Assembly: GCA_963745035.1 (NCBI GenBank)
Contig: CAVUVW010000013.1
Coordinates: 1,152,001 to 1,216,000, forward strand
DNA length: 64,000 bases
Direction: 5' to 3'
Origin: an uncultured delta proteobacterium
GTDB taxonomy: Bacteria > Desulfobacterota > Binatia > UBA9968
In this document: in pieces, positions 9,109-18,400 of the stretch
Position numbering within the stretch: the stretch's first letter is position 1
Layout: every line of letters begins with the position of its first letter
The notes under the pieces: generated by a model
Databases searched by the model: none
The model's input: the letters and a program-made list of their open reading frames with translations, nothing else
What the model was told of the DNA's origin: nothing
Position numbers and translations under genes: made by a program

Positions 9109-10086
9109 TCACTTCAAGCTGCGCAGCAAAGAGAAGTCGAACATCTCCGAAGCCGCGATCGGCTTGGGCAATTCGCCGCGTTGATGCGATCCGTCCAGAT
9201 ATTCCTGAATCTGCTTGTCACCCAGCATCAGCGAGTCCACCATGACACCGGCGATGTCATCGTAGGAGGAGGCGGCGTTCGCGGCGCTCACCTTGAAGTT
9301 TCTTTCGATGTACGAAACGACCGCCGGCTTCTCACGCCGAATGACCGCCGTCACGTCGCGCATCGAGCGCAGCATACTGCGGACTTGCTCGGGCTGCCGT
9401 TCGGCTTTCTGGCGGTGAACGACTAGTCCCAACCATGGCGCTTCGGCAAGCGAACGGCTGCGCCCGAGAACTTTGAATCCCTTTTCGGCCATAATCCCGG
9501 TAAATGGCGGGCTCAACACCGCGGCGTCGACGGCGCCTTGTTGAATTGCGGTCAGGCTGACGGTCGTGCTGCCGGTTTGGATAAAAGTCACTCTCTTCGG
9601 ATCGGCGCCGCCGTTCTCGATCATCAGCGAGCCATACCGGTGGCTTTCCGAACCGATACGCGAGACCGCGACCTTCTTGCCCTCAAGACTTTTCGCGCTG
9701 GCGAGAGTAGCCGGGGCGACCAAAGAAAAGAGCGGCGCGCGATAGAGAACCGCCAGTGCCCTTACGGGGAGACCGTTGGCGAAGGCGGCGCCCGCCGGCC
9801 CGACCGATGGCGTGTAGTCCACTTCGCCGGAAGCCAACCCGGCGAGTTGAAGATCGCTGCGCATCTGAATGAGCTCGACGTTGAGACCATGCTTGTCAAA
9901 AATCTTGGTGTCTTTGGCATAGTAGAACGGCAAGAACACCACATTGCGCACTGACAAGGCGAGCCGCACGCGCTCCTGCGCCGGTGATTGTAGAACCGTT
10001 CCCAGCCAGACCGTTGCCGAAAGCGCGATTGTAAAGACAACTTTCATGCAGTACTGAATCCTTTTCAGAAAAGGCAATGCAGTCAC
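9109..10086 (-). CDS. ABC substrate-binding protein (NMT1/THI5/SsuA-like), paralog of neighbour
   Basis: Shared blocks ALSVRNVV, LAVLYRAPLFSLV, VTFIQTGST; start may be 10047. Confidence 0.85.
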   Translation of the reverse strand: MTALPFLKRIQYCMKVVFTIALSATVWLGTVLQSPAQERVRLALSVRNVVFLPFYYAKDTKIFDKHGLNVELIQMRSDLQLAGLASGEVDYTPSVGPAGAAFANGLPVRALAVLYRAPLFSLVAPATLASAKSLEGKKVAVSRIGSESHRYGSLMIENGGADPKRVTFIQTGSTTVSLTAIQQGAVDAAVLSPPFTGIMAEKGFKVLGRSRSLAEAPWLGLVVHRQKAERQPEQVRSMLRSMRDVTAVIRREKPAVVSYIERNFKVSAANAASSYDDIAGVMVDSLMLGDKQIQEYLDGSHQRGELPKPIAASEMFDFSLLRSLK

Positions 10087-11012
10087 GCGCTCTTCGCCTT
10101 GCTTACCGAGCTGAGCAAGTTGAGTTCGGCAAAGAGTTCCCGCAACTCGTCGTAGGCGTCCCGGCTAAGCGGCTTGGACGGCCAGCGCGGATACATTTTC
10201 ACGTCGAACCCGCGCAACCGCATCGCCTCGCAGTAAATCGTTCGGCCGAAGGGACCGGCCAAGCGCAGAAAAATATCGTGGATCCTAATGACCGTCTTTT
10301 GCAACGACAACGCTTTGTGATTCTCGCCGGCGTCGATGGCGCGGACCAGCTCAACGCCAATCTCCGGTGTGACAGCGAGCGGCGGACTGATCGTTCCGGC
10401 GACGCCCACCGACATGGCGGAAACCAGGTTGCTCGCCAGCACATAGGGCGCAAACGAAGCCTTCACAATTTTCATGTAGGCCATCGCTTCGTCGACGCTC
10501 CCCATCGCCAGTTTGGCGCCGAAAATGCGCGGCACGGCGGTGACCAGACGCGCCATGAAATCCGGATGAATGTTGTAACCGGAGTAGCGCGGATTGTTAT
10601 ACACGAGTATCGGCATCCCAACAGCGCGATCCACCATTTTAAAATGCTCGATGATCTCGTACTCCGAACGGTCGGTATAGTAGTACGGACCGACGTGGCC
10701 GATAGCTTCGGCGCCAATGGACTTGGCGTGCTTGCCGAGATCGATAGCGGTATAGGGATCGACGGCACCGATCTGCACGACGACAGGCACGCGATGCTTC
10801 ACTTGTTGAACGACGATCTCGGCGACTTTCTTCCGCTCCTCCGGCGGAAGCGCGGGTCCCTGGCCGTACGAGCCCAAAATAAAGAACGCATGCACGCCGC
10901 AGGCGATAAACCAATCCGTCAGGTCGCGCATGAGCCTCTCATCCACCCTGCCGTCTTCCAAAAACACCGTCGGACTCGGAAGCACGATCCCTCTAATTTG
11001 CTCCATTATCAA
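10083..11012 (-). CDS. Dihydrodipicolinate synthase/N-acetylneuraminate lyase family aldolase
   Basis: GSYGQG in place of GTTGE; PYYY; YNNP; Schiff-base Lys in GAKLA. Confidence 0.85.
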   Translation of the reverse strand: MIMEQIRGIVLPSPTVFLEDGRVDERLMRDLTDWFIACGVHAFFILGSYGQGPALPPEERKKVAEIVVQQVKHRVPVVVQIGAVDPYTAIDLGKHAKSIGAEAIGHVGPYYYTDRSEYEIIEHFKMVDRAVGMPILVYNNPRYSGYNIHPDFMARLVTAVPRIFGAKLAMGSVDEAMAYMKIVKASFAPYVLASNLVSAMSVGVAGTISPPLAVTPEIGVELVRAIDAGENHKALSLQKTVIRIHDIFLRLAGPFGRTIYCEAMRLRGFDVKMYPRWPSKPLSRDAYDELRELFAELNLLSSVSKAKSA

Positions 11013-11035
11013 ATCCTCCTCGCTTCGGCGTGCGT

Positions 11036-11146
11036 AAATGACAGATGCGTGTGCCTAATTGTCATTTCGAGCGGATGCGAGAAATCTTTTCCGATGCTTT
11101 CTCATTATCTGTGGCGAGCGTAAGCTCATGAATCACCTTGCGGTGA
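11036..11146. repeat. Dispersed REP/MITE-like repeat
   Basis: aaatgacagatgcgtgtgcctaattgtcatttcgagcggatgcgagaaatc...tatctgtggcgagcgtaag closely matches 37423-37523. Confidence 0.8.
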
Positions 11147-11160
11147 CCTTCCTCCGATTT

Positions 11161-11205
11161 CATAACCCACTACTCCACCACTCCAATACTCCGGCACTCC
11201 ATTCC
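11161..11205. repeat. 8-mer tandem array (ACTCCANN type), single arm
   Basis: cccactactccaccactccaatactccggcactccatt. Confidence 0.75.
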
Positions 11206-11207
11206 CG

Positions 11208-11984
11208 TCATCCTCGCTCCGCCGCTTCCATCGCCGCGCGCAGCATGACGCCGTGCAGATCCACCGAAGTCATGGCGCAATACTCCAGGCCGTAGGTGGG
11301 CCGTTCGTCCGCCATGCCCTTCTCGAGCAACCGCTGCAGCGCCATGCGATTGAAGCTCGCATGGCCCATCACGCCTTCTTCATGCTCGGCCAAATCGGCT
11401 TCGACGTGGGTCGCGAAATACGTCGCCTTGTCGCGATCGAAGCCATAATGCGTCGTCAACGCTTTATAGCAGGCGGCCGACCAGTGACCGATCTGCTCCT
11501 CGGTCGTCACGGCCGAGTACCATTCCGCGGCGGTGCCTTCGTAGACGATGCCGCGCATGAAATCGATCTTGCCGCGGAATTCTGACAGCATCGGGGTGGT
11601 AAAAACTTCCTCCTCGGTTAATCCGAACGCCTGGGCGGTTTGCAGCATGACGAGAAAATGGCCCGGCGGCTTCGGATGAATGAACTCGTCGGCGATCTTC
11701 TCGCCGATAGGCCCCATGAGATCGCGGTTTACTTTTAGAAAAGTGATGTTCTTGTGGTAGGTGCAGGCGGTGAGGGTATTGATCTCGATCGTATAAGCGC
11801 CCCAGTTGCGAAAGAATGTTTGCAGCGTCTTGAGCGGCAGCTTGCCGGCCATGAGCTGCTGCATGAACGGCTTCTGGTTGACCTTTAATTCCCAGCGCTC
11901 GCGCACCATGGAGTAGAGTTGGTCGACGATCGCCTTCGCCTCGTTCGGTGAGTATTTTTCCCCCAGTTGAACCTGTAGCGCCAT
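11208..11984 (-). CDS. TenA/PqqC-fold iron-containing redox protein
   Basis: PFMQQLMAGKL; ADEFIHPKPPGH; TTEEQ; YFATHVEAD...GH. Confidence 0.78.
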   Translation of the reverse strand: MALQVQLGEKYSPNEAKAIVDQLYSMVRERWELKVNQKPFMQQLMAGKLPLKTLQTFFRNWGAYTIEINTLTACTYHKNITFLKVNRDLMGPIGEKIADEFIHPKPPGHFLVMLQTAQAFGLTEEEVFTTPMLSEFRGKIDFMRGIVYEGTAAEWYSAVTTEEQIGHWSAACYKALTTHYGFDRDKATYFATHVEADLAEHEEGVMGHASFNRMALQRLLEKGMADERPTYGLEYCAMTSVDLHGVMLRAAMEAAERG

Positions 11985-12083
11985 AGTGCCTCCGCGTTGA
12001 CTGTTTTTGCGCTGCTTACCCGGAAGACCTTATCTACTACACGAGCCGGGGCAACGTCGAGCATGATCGCGGCGAAGACCGAG

Positions 12084-13196
12084 TCACGCCGCGAAGCGCT
12101 CCGGTGAAAATGGCGCAGACCGCTGTTCCTGACCGCCGATGAGCAACTCCGCCGCCAACTCGCCGACGGCGGGGCTGGTCGTCATGCCATGCCCGCCCAG
12201 GCCGGCAACCCAGAAAAAATTTTTGATCTCGGGATCCCAGCCGATGACGAAACGTCCGTCCGGCGTCAGTGTACGCAAGCCTGCCCAGCCTTTGTTGATG
12301 CTCACCGCGGAGAGCGCCGGCATGAATCGTTCGATTTTCTCGGCGAGCAATTCCTTCACGCTTTCTTCGATCGGCGGATCACACGGAGCTAATTCGGTCT
12401 GATCGCAGGCACAAAGCAGCAACCCCTCGCCTTCGGGTCGGAAATAAATGTCGTGCGCGACATCCCAAACGAACGGCCACTTGGGATCGACCCAATCGAT
12501 CGGCGGCGATACGAAAAGATGCCGCCGGCACGGCCGCAAAGGCAGCTCGCGGGCGCCGGCCATTTGAGCAAGCATGTTTGCCCACGCCCCGCTGGCATTG
12601 ACAAGCGCCTTCGCTCGAATTGTTTCATTGTCGGTCGATACTTCGATCTCATTGCCGGAGAGCGCCCGTAGCGAACGAATTTTGGCGTTGTAGCGAATTT
12701 GCGCGCCGCGATCGCCGGCGAATTTCAGATAGCCCGACAACAAAGCGTGAATGTCGATGATGCCGTCGCTGCCGCACCAGAGCGCGCCTTCGAACTCCGC
12801 CCCTTCCAGCACGGGAACATACCGTATCGCCCTTTCGGGCGTCCAAAACTCGACGTCGATGCCAACCTTGCGGCCGGTTTCACCATCCTGTTTGAGCTTG
12901 TTCCACGAAGCACCGCTGCCCAAGAGCAGCGAACCATGCTGCTTGAAATGAATCGGCTCCGGCCAATCGCTCGGCAGGTTGCGCAGGAAGTCCGCTCCCT
13001 CGCGGGTCAGCCGCGCCAGATCGGGATCGGGCACGCACTGCCGCATCATCGCCGCATTGCGCCCGGAAGCGTGAAACCCCGGGATGCTTTCCTGCTCCAA
13101 AAGAACGATGTCCCTGACGCCTCGCCGGGTGAGCTGGTAAGCGGTTGCGGCGCCGGCGAAGCCTGCGCCGACGATCAAAAATTCGCACCTTTTCAT
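12084..13196 (-). CDS. FAD-dependent oxidoreductase (DAO/sarcosine oxidase beta family)
   Basis: IVGAGFAG; ASGRNAAM; WAGLRTLTPDGRFVIG; GLGGHG. Confidence 0.9.
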   Translation of the reverse strand: MKRCEFLIVGAGFAGAATAYQLTRRGVRDIVLLEQESIPGFHASGRNAAMMRQCVPDPDLARLTREGADFLRNLPSDWPEPIHFKQHGSLLLGSGASWNKLKQDGETGRKVGIDVEFWTPERAIRYVPVLEGAEFEGALWCGSDGIIDIHALLSGYLKFAGDRGAQIRYNAKIRSLRALSGNEIEVSTDNETIRAKALVNASGAWANMLAQMAGARELPLRPCRRHLFVSPPIDWVDPKWPFVWDVAHDIYFRPEGEGLLLCACDQTELAPCDPPIEESVKELLAEKIERFMPALSAVSINKGWAGLRTLTPDGRFVIGWDPEIKNFFWVAGLGGHGMTTSPAVGELAAELLIGGQEQRSAPFSPERFAA

Positions 13197-13348
13197 AGAT
13201 TACGACCTGTTCTGTAATTTATTATATGAAGTCTTAAACAAAGCCAAAAGGAGCGCGGCGCCGCGCGCGCATGCGCCAAAAAAGTCGCGGGGTTTGCGGA
13301 CTTTTTGGGGTTTGAATCACTACCGAACTGCGCTATAGTCAAAACCAA

Positions 13349-15172
13349 ATGAGAGTCCATCGTTACACTCAATGGGACGGTACGCAACGAGTCGTCTTTC
13401 CCACAACCGACGATCTTCTCAAACATCTCTCCGATCATTTACTGGAAGAAGAAGGCGTGCGGCGCGCCCTGCGCGATTTGATGCGCCGTGGTTTTACCTC
13501 AGAAGACGGCCAGCGCACCGTCAAAGGCATGCGTGATTTTCTCCGCGAGGCGGACGAAAAACGGCGCGAATTGCTCAACAAGTATTCACCCGATTCATTC
13601 AAACTCTCCGCGGAAGAACAGCAAGCCTTGAGCGAAAAGCTCAACAAGCTTTCCGAAAAGCTGGAAGCCTATCACGAGCAAATGCGCAACTTCATGGAGC
13701 GCATGTCGGGCAAGTTCGCCGACCGCATGGACGAGCTCAACGAAAAAATGCGCGAGGCATACCAGCGTTACCAGGAGCTGAAAAATCGCCTGCAGAATCA
13801 GATTTCCGAGCGCGGCATGCAGAAAAACCAGAACATGTCCGGGCAAAATCCCCAATCGCTCATGGACATGCTCGACCGCATGCAGAAGCTCTTGGAAGAC
13901 GAGAATTTCTTGAAGAATCTCCCGAGCATGATGGATGCGGCGGTCAACGATCTGGAGAACATGCTGGAGAATCTCGACTCCATGAGCCAGGAGCAGCTGC
14001 AGCAATTGAGCGACATGATGAGCCAGATGCAGCAGCTCGAGCAATTGATGAACCAGTTTTCTTTTCAAGGCTCCGAGCGCATGGGCATGGGCGACGCGGG
14101 GCAGATTCTCAGCCAGATGCGCGGCCTCGAACGGTTTCTCCGCTGGGGCCAGCGCGGCATGGGCGATCCGTCGGACCTCAACCTTGAAGAGTTGCGCGAG
14201 ATCCTCGGCGAAGAGGCCTACGAGCATCTCAAATATCTAAAAAGCGTCGAGCAGACCCTCGAAGACGAAGGCTACATCGTCCGCACCAACCACGGGCTCC
14301 GGCTCACTCCCAAAGGCATGCGCAAGATCGGCGACAAGGCGCTGCGCGAGATCTTTCAGATGCTCAACAAAGGCCGCTGGGGCAACCACGCAACCTCCCT
14401 GCGCGGCTCCCAGGGCGACCTGATGGAGGAAACCAAGGAATACGAGTACGGCGATCCGCTCAACGTCAATATCGGCGAGACGTTGCTCAACGCGCTGGAG
14501 AAGCGCAAACCGGGCGAGCCGCTGCGCATCGCGCCGGAGGATTTTTCCGTGCATCGGGTGGAATACTCGACGGTGAGCGAAACCGCGCTGCTGATCGACG
14601 TGAGCTACTCGATGTTGATGAACGACGCTCTGCACGCCGGCAAGAAAGTCGCCCTCGCCTTGCATCGCCTGATCCAGACCAAATATCCGCAGGACACGCT
14701 TCACCTGGTCGCGTTTCGGTCCAATGCCAAATTGATTCACGCCGAAGATCTACCGTCGATCGTCTCGCTGACCTACTTCATGGAGCACGGCACGGATATC
14801 AAGGAAGCACTTCGCTACGCGCGCCAGCTTCTCGGATCGAACCGCAGCGCCAACCGTCAGATCATCCTCATCACCGACGGTGAGCCGACGGCGGCGACTC
14901 TGGATCGCGGCGGTCGGCTGCACAGCGGCTGGGGCTCGGCGCTCTTGCACAGCCGCATCGTTCACGAGACTCTCAAAGAGGTAAAGCGCTGCACGCAGAG
15001 CGGCATCAAGATCAACACCTTCATGCTCGGCGCCGACTTTTACCGGCAGGGCTTCATCGACCAGCTCTCACGGCTCAACACTGGCCGCGTCTTTTACACT
15101 ACCCCCGATCAGATGGGCAACTACATCGTCGTCGACTATCTCAACAACAAGCGCAAACGCCTGGGACGCTGA
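13349..15172 (+). CDS. vWA domain protein with long coiled-coil region
   Basis: RYTQWDGTQ N-terminus; LTPKG..IG; MIDAS DVSYS, GTD, ITDGEP. Confidence 0.88.
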   Translation: MRVHRYTQWDGTQRVVFPTTDDLLKHLSDHLLEEEGVRRALRDLMRRGFTSEDGQRTVKGMRDFLREADEKRRELLNKYSPDSFKLSAEEQQALSEKLNKLSEKLEAYHEQMRNFMERMSGKFADRMDELNEKMREAYQRYQELKNRLQNQISERGMQKNQNMSGQNPQSLMDMLDRMQKLLEDENFLKNLPSMMDAAVNDLENMLENLDSMSQEQLQQLSDMMSQMQQLEQLMNQFSFQGSERMGMGDAGQILSQMRGLERFLRWGQRGMGDPSDLNLEELREILGEEAYEHLKYLKSVEQTLEDEGYIVRTNHGLRLTPKGMRKIGDKALREIFQMLNKGRWGNHATSLRGSQGDLMEETKEYEYGDPLNVNIGETLLNALEKRKPGEPLRIAPEDFSVHRVEYSTVSETALLIDVSYSMLMNDALHAGKKVALALHRLIQTKYPQDTLHLVAFRSNAKLIHAEDLPSIVSLTYFMEHGTDIKEALRYARQLLGSNRSANRQIILITDGEPTAATLDRGGRLHSGWGSALLHSRIVHETLKEVKRCTQSGIKINTFMLGADFYRQGFIDQLSRLNTGRVFYTTPDQMGNYIVVDYLNNKRKRLGR

Positions 15173-15198
15173 CCTCCACCCCGCTCCGCCGCCGCCCT

Positions 15199-15576
15199 AT
15201 TTTGGATTTTAGATTTTGGATTTGGATTGTCGGATGCTGGTGCCGGTCTTTGCTGGTCAGCCACCACTCGATTTAGATTGTTAATGTTCTCTCGGGATGG
15301 TTGAAATCCCTCGCCTTGGGCACAGTGGAGCTTCGTCTTGCCGGCGAATGCCGGCATCCAGGTTATTTTTCGGTTCAGGAAGCGCCTAGATTCCGGCTGG
15401 AGTTTATCCTGAGTGCGCCGAAGGACCGGAAATGACAGAATTAAGAGTCGAACAAACTCAGAACCCGAAGTTTATAGCCGAGAAAAGCAGTTCTGGACTT
15501 GAGCGGACGGCAGATGTGGGCGCGCGGTTGAACGGCGCCCGAGGCGATCCGACGATCCAAAATCTAAAATTCAAAT
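15199..15576. repeat. Inverted 7-mer arrays (ATTTTGG/CCAAAAT) enclosing a REP-like palindrome pair
   Basis: 15199-15234 attttggattttagattttggatttggattgtcgga pairs with 15548-15576 tccgacgatccaaaatctaaaattcaaat; internal gtcttgccggcgaatgccggcatccagg...ccggaaatgac. Confidence 0.75.
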
Positions 15577-15580
15577 CGTC

Positions 15581-16765
15581 TCATTCTTTGTCAGCGATCA
15601 GCGCCAGAACTCCTGTGTAGGCGAACAAGTGGTTAGCGCGGCCCAAGGGCGCGAGCTCGTAGCCGCCGAACATGCCGATGAGCGGGAAGTCGCCGAGCGC
15701 CTGGCGGATGTAAGCGGCATCGATGCCGGGGATGCCATAGAGCGAGTTGCCGCGCGCGCAGCAGTTGAAATACAAGCCGAAGGCCGGCTTTCTTCCCCGC
15801 AACTTTTCAACTTGCCGGCGCAGCATCTGATCCAAATCTTCGCGCGCGCGCTGGCCGTCGCGCATGGCGAAGATCATCGACTGGCCTTCGCTGACGTAAT
15901 CCGCCACGCCTAAGATTCCCTTTTCCGCGTCCAAGCCGACGATGTTGCGGACCAGATAATTTCCCGCGGCGACGCTATTTTCTTCGCGACTGGCGGGCAA
16001 GCCGACGAACAGGACCATCAAGGCGCGCCGGATATCTTCGGCCAACGGTCCCTTGAGCAGCTTGGCAAACACTTCGATCGCCGGGCGATCGTCGATTTCG
16101 TAAATGAGGTTGCCCTCGGCCTTGGAGATCGTCATCGGCGGGGAAATCGGCTGGCAACCCTGGGTGATGTCGATATGAACGTCGAATTCGCCGGAAAGAT
16201 AAGCGCCTGCGACCGAATTTGATCCGATCTTGTCGGCGCAAAGTTGAAACGTCGCGCCCACGCCTCCACTCTCCGTAGTCCCGGCGCCGACCACCGGATG
16301 AAAACCGGCGCGGCCGGCCATGGCGCTCAGCAAGGGCTGCGGATTGCCGTTGTAGGTATCCGGCAGCAAGATCATCAACGAATTCTTGTCATCCGTTTTG
16401 GCGAGAAAGTCGCCGAAGCTCCGGCCCAGATTTTCTTCGTTGCCGCGCAGCGGCTCAAAGATAAACGGCCGGCCAACAATCTCTTCGGCCGCGATCACCA
16501 GCACGGCGACACCGGTGCTGCCCTCGATCTCGCCCTCGCCGGTCAACACGCCCGCGCCGCTGCAACCGACCACGCAATCGGTGCCAACGGATTGGATCAG
16601 AGATGACGTGAGCTCACGTGGATGCGAGGCATGGTCCGACGTAAAGAACATCATTGCCAGATCCGCCCGTGCGACTCCCGCTCGCGCCAGCGCCTGGCTC
16701 GCGGCTTCCTTAACCGCTTCCGCCGCTGCCGTTGCCTGGCTTTGCCCTACTCCCGCGCGAATCAT
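15581..16765 (-). CDS. FIST N/C domain protein
   Basis: VVGCSGAGV; ITQGCQPI; YFNCCARG; GMFGGYE. Confidence 0.9.
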   Translation of the reverse strand: MIRAGVGQSQATAAAEAVKEAASQALARAGVARADLAMMFFTSDHASHPRELTSSLIQSVGTDCVVGCSGAGVLTGEGEIEGSTGVAVLVIAAEEIVGRPFIFEPLRGNEENLGRSFGDFLAKTDDKNSLMILLPDTYNGNPQPLLSAMAGRAGFHPVVGAGTTESGGVGATFQLCADKIGSNSVAGAYLSGEFDVHIDITQGCQPISPPMTISKAEGNLIYEIDDRPAIEVFAKLLKGPLAEDIRRALMVLFVGLPASREENSVAAGNYLVRNIVGLDAEKGILGVADYVSEGQSMIFAMRDGQRAREDLDQMLRRQVEKLRGRKPAFGLYFNCCARGNSLYGIPGIDAAYIRQALGDFPLIGMFGGYELAPLGRANHLFAYTGVLALIADKE

Positions 16766-16896
16766 GCGGTCACTATAGAGAACTGTAGATCACGGGGTCA
16801 AGGTCCTTCGATGAGGAATCGCATTTGAAAAGCGAGCGGGTTGAGACTAGTATTAGTGTGGTTAGCCAATTCTCCCATACCCGCTCAAAAACGACT

Positions 16897-17664
16897 ATGA
16901 AAATTTTCCAGATTCCTATGCTGCGCGACAACTACGCCTATCTGCTGGTTTGCGGAAAAACCAAATCCGCAGCCATCATCGATCCCTCCGAGGCGGAGCC
17001 TGCTCTGAATAAAGTCGAGCAGGAAGGCGTTAACCTTGAAGCCATTCTCAATACCCATCACCACCGCGACCATACCGGGGGCAATGAAGGTATACTGACA
17101 AAGAAGAAAGTCGAGGTTTACGGCCACAAGAGCGACAGCGCCAGAATCCATGGCCTTAGTCGAGGCGTCGATGAAAACGACGAAGTTCAAGTCGGCGAGA
17201 TGAGAGGAAAGGTCTTGTTCATTCCCGGCCATACGACCGGCCACATTGCATATCTCTTCGACAACAATCTGTTTTGCGGCGATACTCTCTTCACGGCGGG
17301 ATGCGGCCGGCTCTTCGAGGGCACGCCGGAACAAATGCATGGCTCGCTCAAGAAGTTGATGGGCTTGTGGGACAACACGAAAGTCTACTGCGGTCACGAA
17401 TACACCGAGAGCAATCTTCGCTTCGCCATGTCCGTGGAACCCAAAAACCCCAAGCTCGCGTCGCGCTTCGAACGGGTGCAAGGACTGCGCGCGCGAGGCG
17501 CGTCCACAGTACCCTCGACTCTGGAAGAGGAAAAACAAACCAATCCCTTCTTGCGCTGGGACAGCAAAGAGATTCACGCGTCGCTCAAATCGGCCGATCC
17601 CCATACCCGTCTGGATCCGGTTTCTGTATTTGCCGCCGTCCGAAAGATGAAGGACGCTTTCTGA
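16897..17664 (+). CDS. gloB: Hydroxyacylglutathione hydrolase (glyoxalase II)
   Basis: DNYAY; THHHRDHTGG; PGHT; CGDTLF; CGHEYT; TNPFLR. Confidence 0.93.
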   Translation: MKIFQIPMLRDNYAYLLVCGKTKSAAIIDPSEAEPALNKVEQEGVNLEAILNTHHHRDHTGGNEGILTKKKVEVYGHKSDSARIHGLSRGVDENDEVQVGEMRGKVLFIPGHTTGHIAYLFDNNLFCGDTLFTAGCGRLFEGTPEQMHGSLKKLMGLWDNTKVYCGHEYTESNLRFAMSVEPKNPKLASRFERVQGLRARGASTVPSTLEEEKQTNPFLRWDSKEIHASLKSADPHTRLDPVSVFAAVRKMKDAF

Positions 17665-17923
17665 CAGTCGGTTCGTCTTCGATAGCGAAACGACTCTCTA
17701 ACCACTGAGATCTTCGGCCGAGGTTAAACGCCCTGCAACACCCGCCACCGCGGAAATTGCTTGATTCCGCGTCCGCATAAGCGCTATTTTATGGCGATCT
17801 CCGAAGCATCGAAACGACTCCGGCGCCAAGATTTTCCTTCGTTCGAAATGGACTTCAAATAGGCGCCGCAACGGTGGCGGTTGCAGAGCGGCAAACCATC
17901 CGTGTCCAGGCACGCAGTCGGCG

Positions 17924-18400
17924 ATGAATCTAAAAGAACGAACCTATCTCTGGTACATTTCCGTTCTGCGCATCTACATCGGTTATTACCTGTTGAAGCA
18001 AGGCTTGGGAAAATTTCAACGCGACTTTCCCAAAGGCGATTGGGTCGGCCGGCAGATCGGCGACGTGGCCGCGCTCGATCTCTATCCCTGGTACAAAAAC
18101 TTTCTGCTCGGCTATGTGGTGCCACATCAGGAGCTGTTCGGCTATCTCGTCATGGTCGGCGAGCTCGCCGTCGGCGCTTGCTTGCTGCTCGGTTTATTGA
18201 CTCGCTTCAGCGCCGTCGTCGGCCTTTTCATGTTGATCAATTACTATCTCGGCCCCGGCATGGCGCGCGGCGGCGCCCCCATGGCGCAGCAGCAGACATT
18301 TATCGTTGCATTGGCGATTTTCGCGCTGTCCAATCCAGGCCGCACCTTGGGATTGGACGGTTTGTTCTTCGGCGGCGGCAAGGGAAAGGGGGCGCGATGA
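17924..18400 (+). CDS. DoxX family membrane protein
   Basis: LRIYIG..GELAVGACLLLGLLTRFSA..GRTLGLD. Confidence 0.85.
   Translation: MNLKERTYLWYISVLRIYIGYYLLKQGLGKFQRDFPKGDWVGRQIGDVAALDLYPWYKNFLLGYVVPHQELFGYLVMVGELAVGACLLLGLLTRFSAVVGLFMLINYYLGPGMARGGAPMAQQQTFIVALAIFALSNPGRTLGLDGLFFGGGKGKGAR

Noticed and set aside
5650-11984. PQQ biosynthesis or thiamine salvage locus
   Set aside because: No pqqA/B/D/E or thi genes are present; only the shared fold is supported.
17881-18396. Long N-terminal extension of the aldo/keto reductase ORF
   Set aside because: It overlaps the DoxX gene in another frame; the real start is the ATG at 18397.
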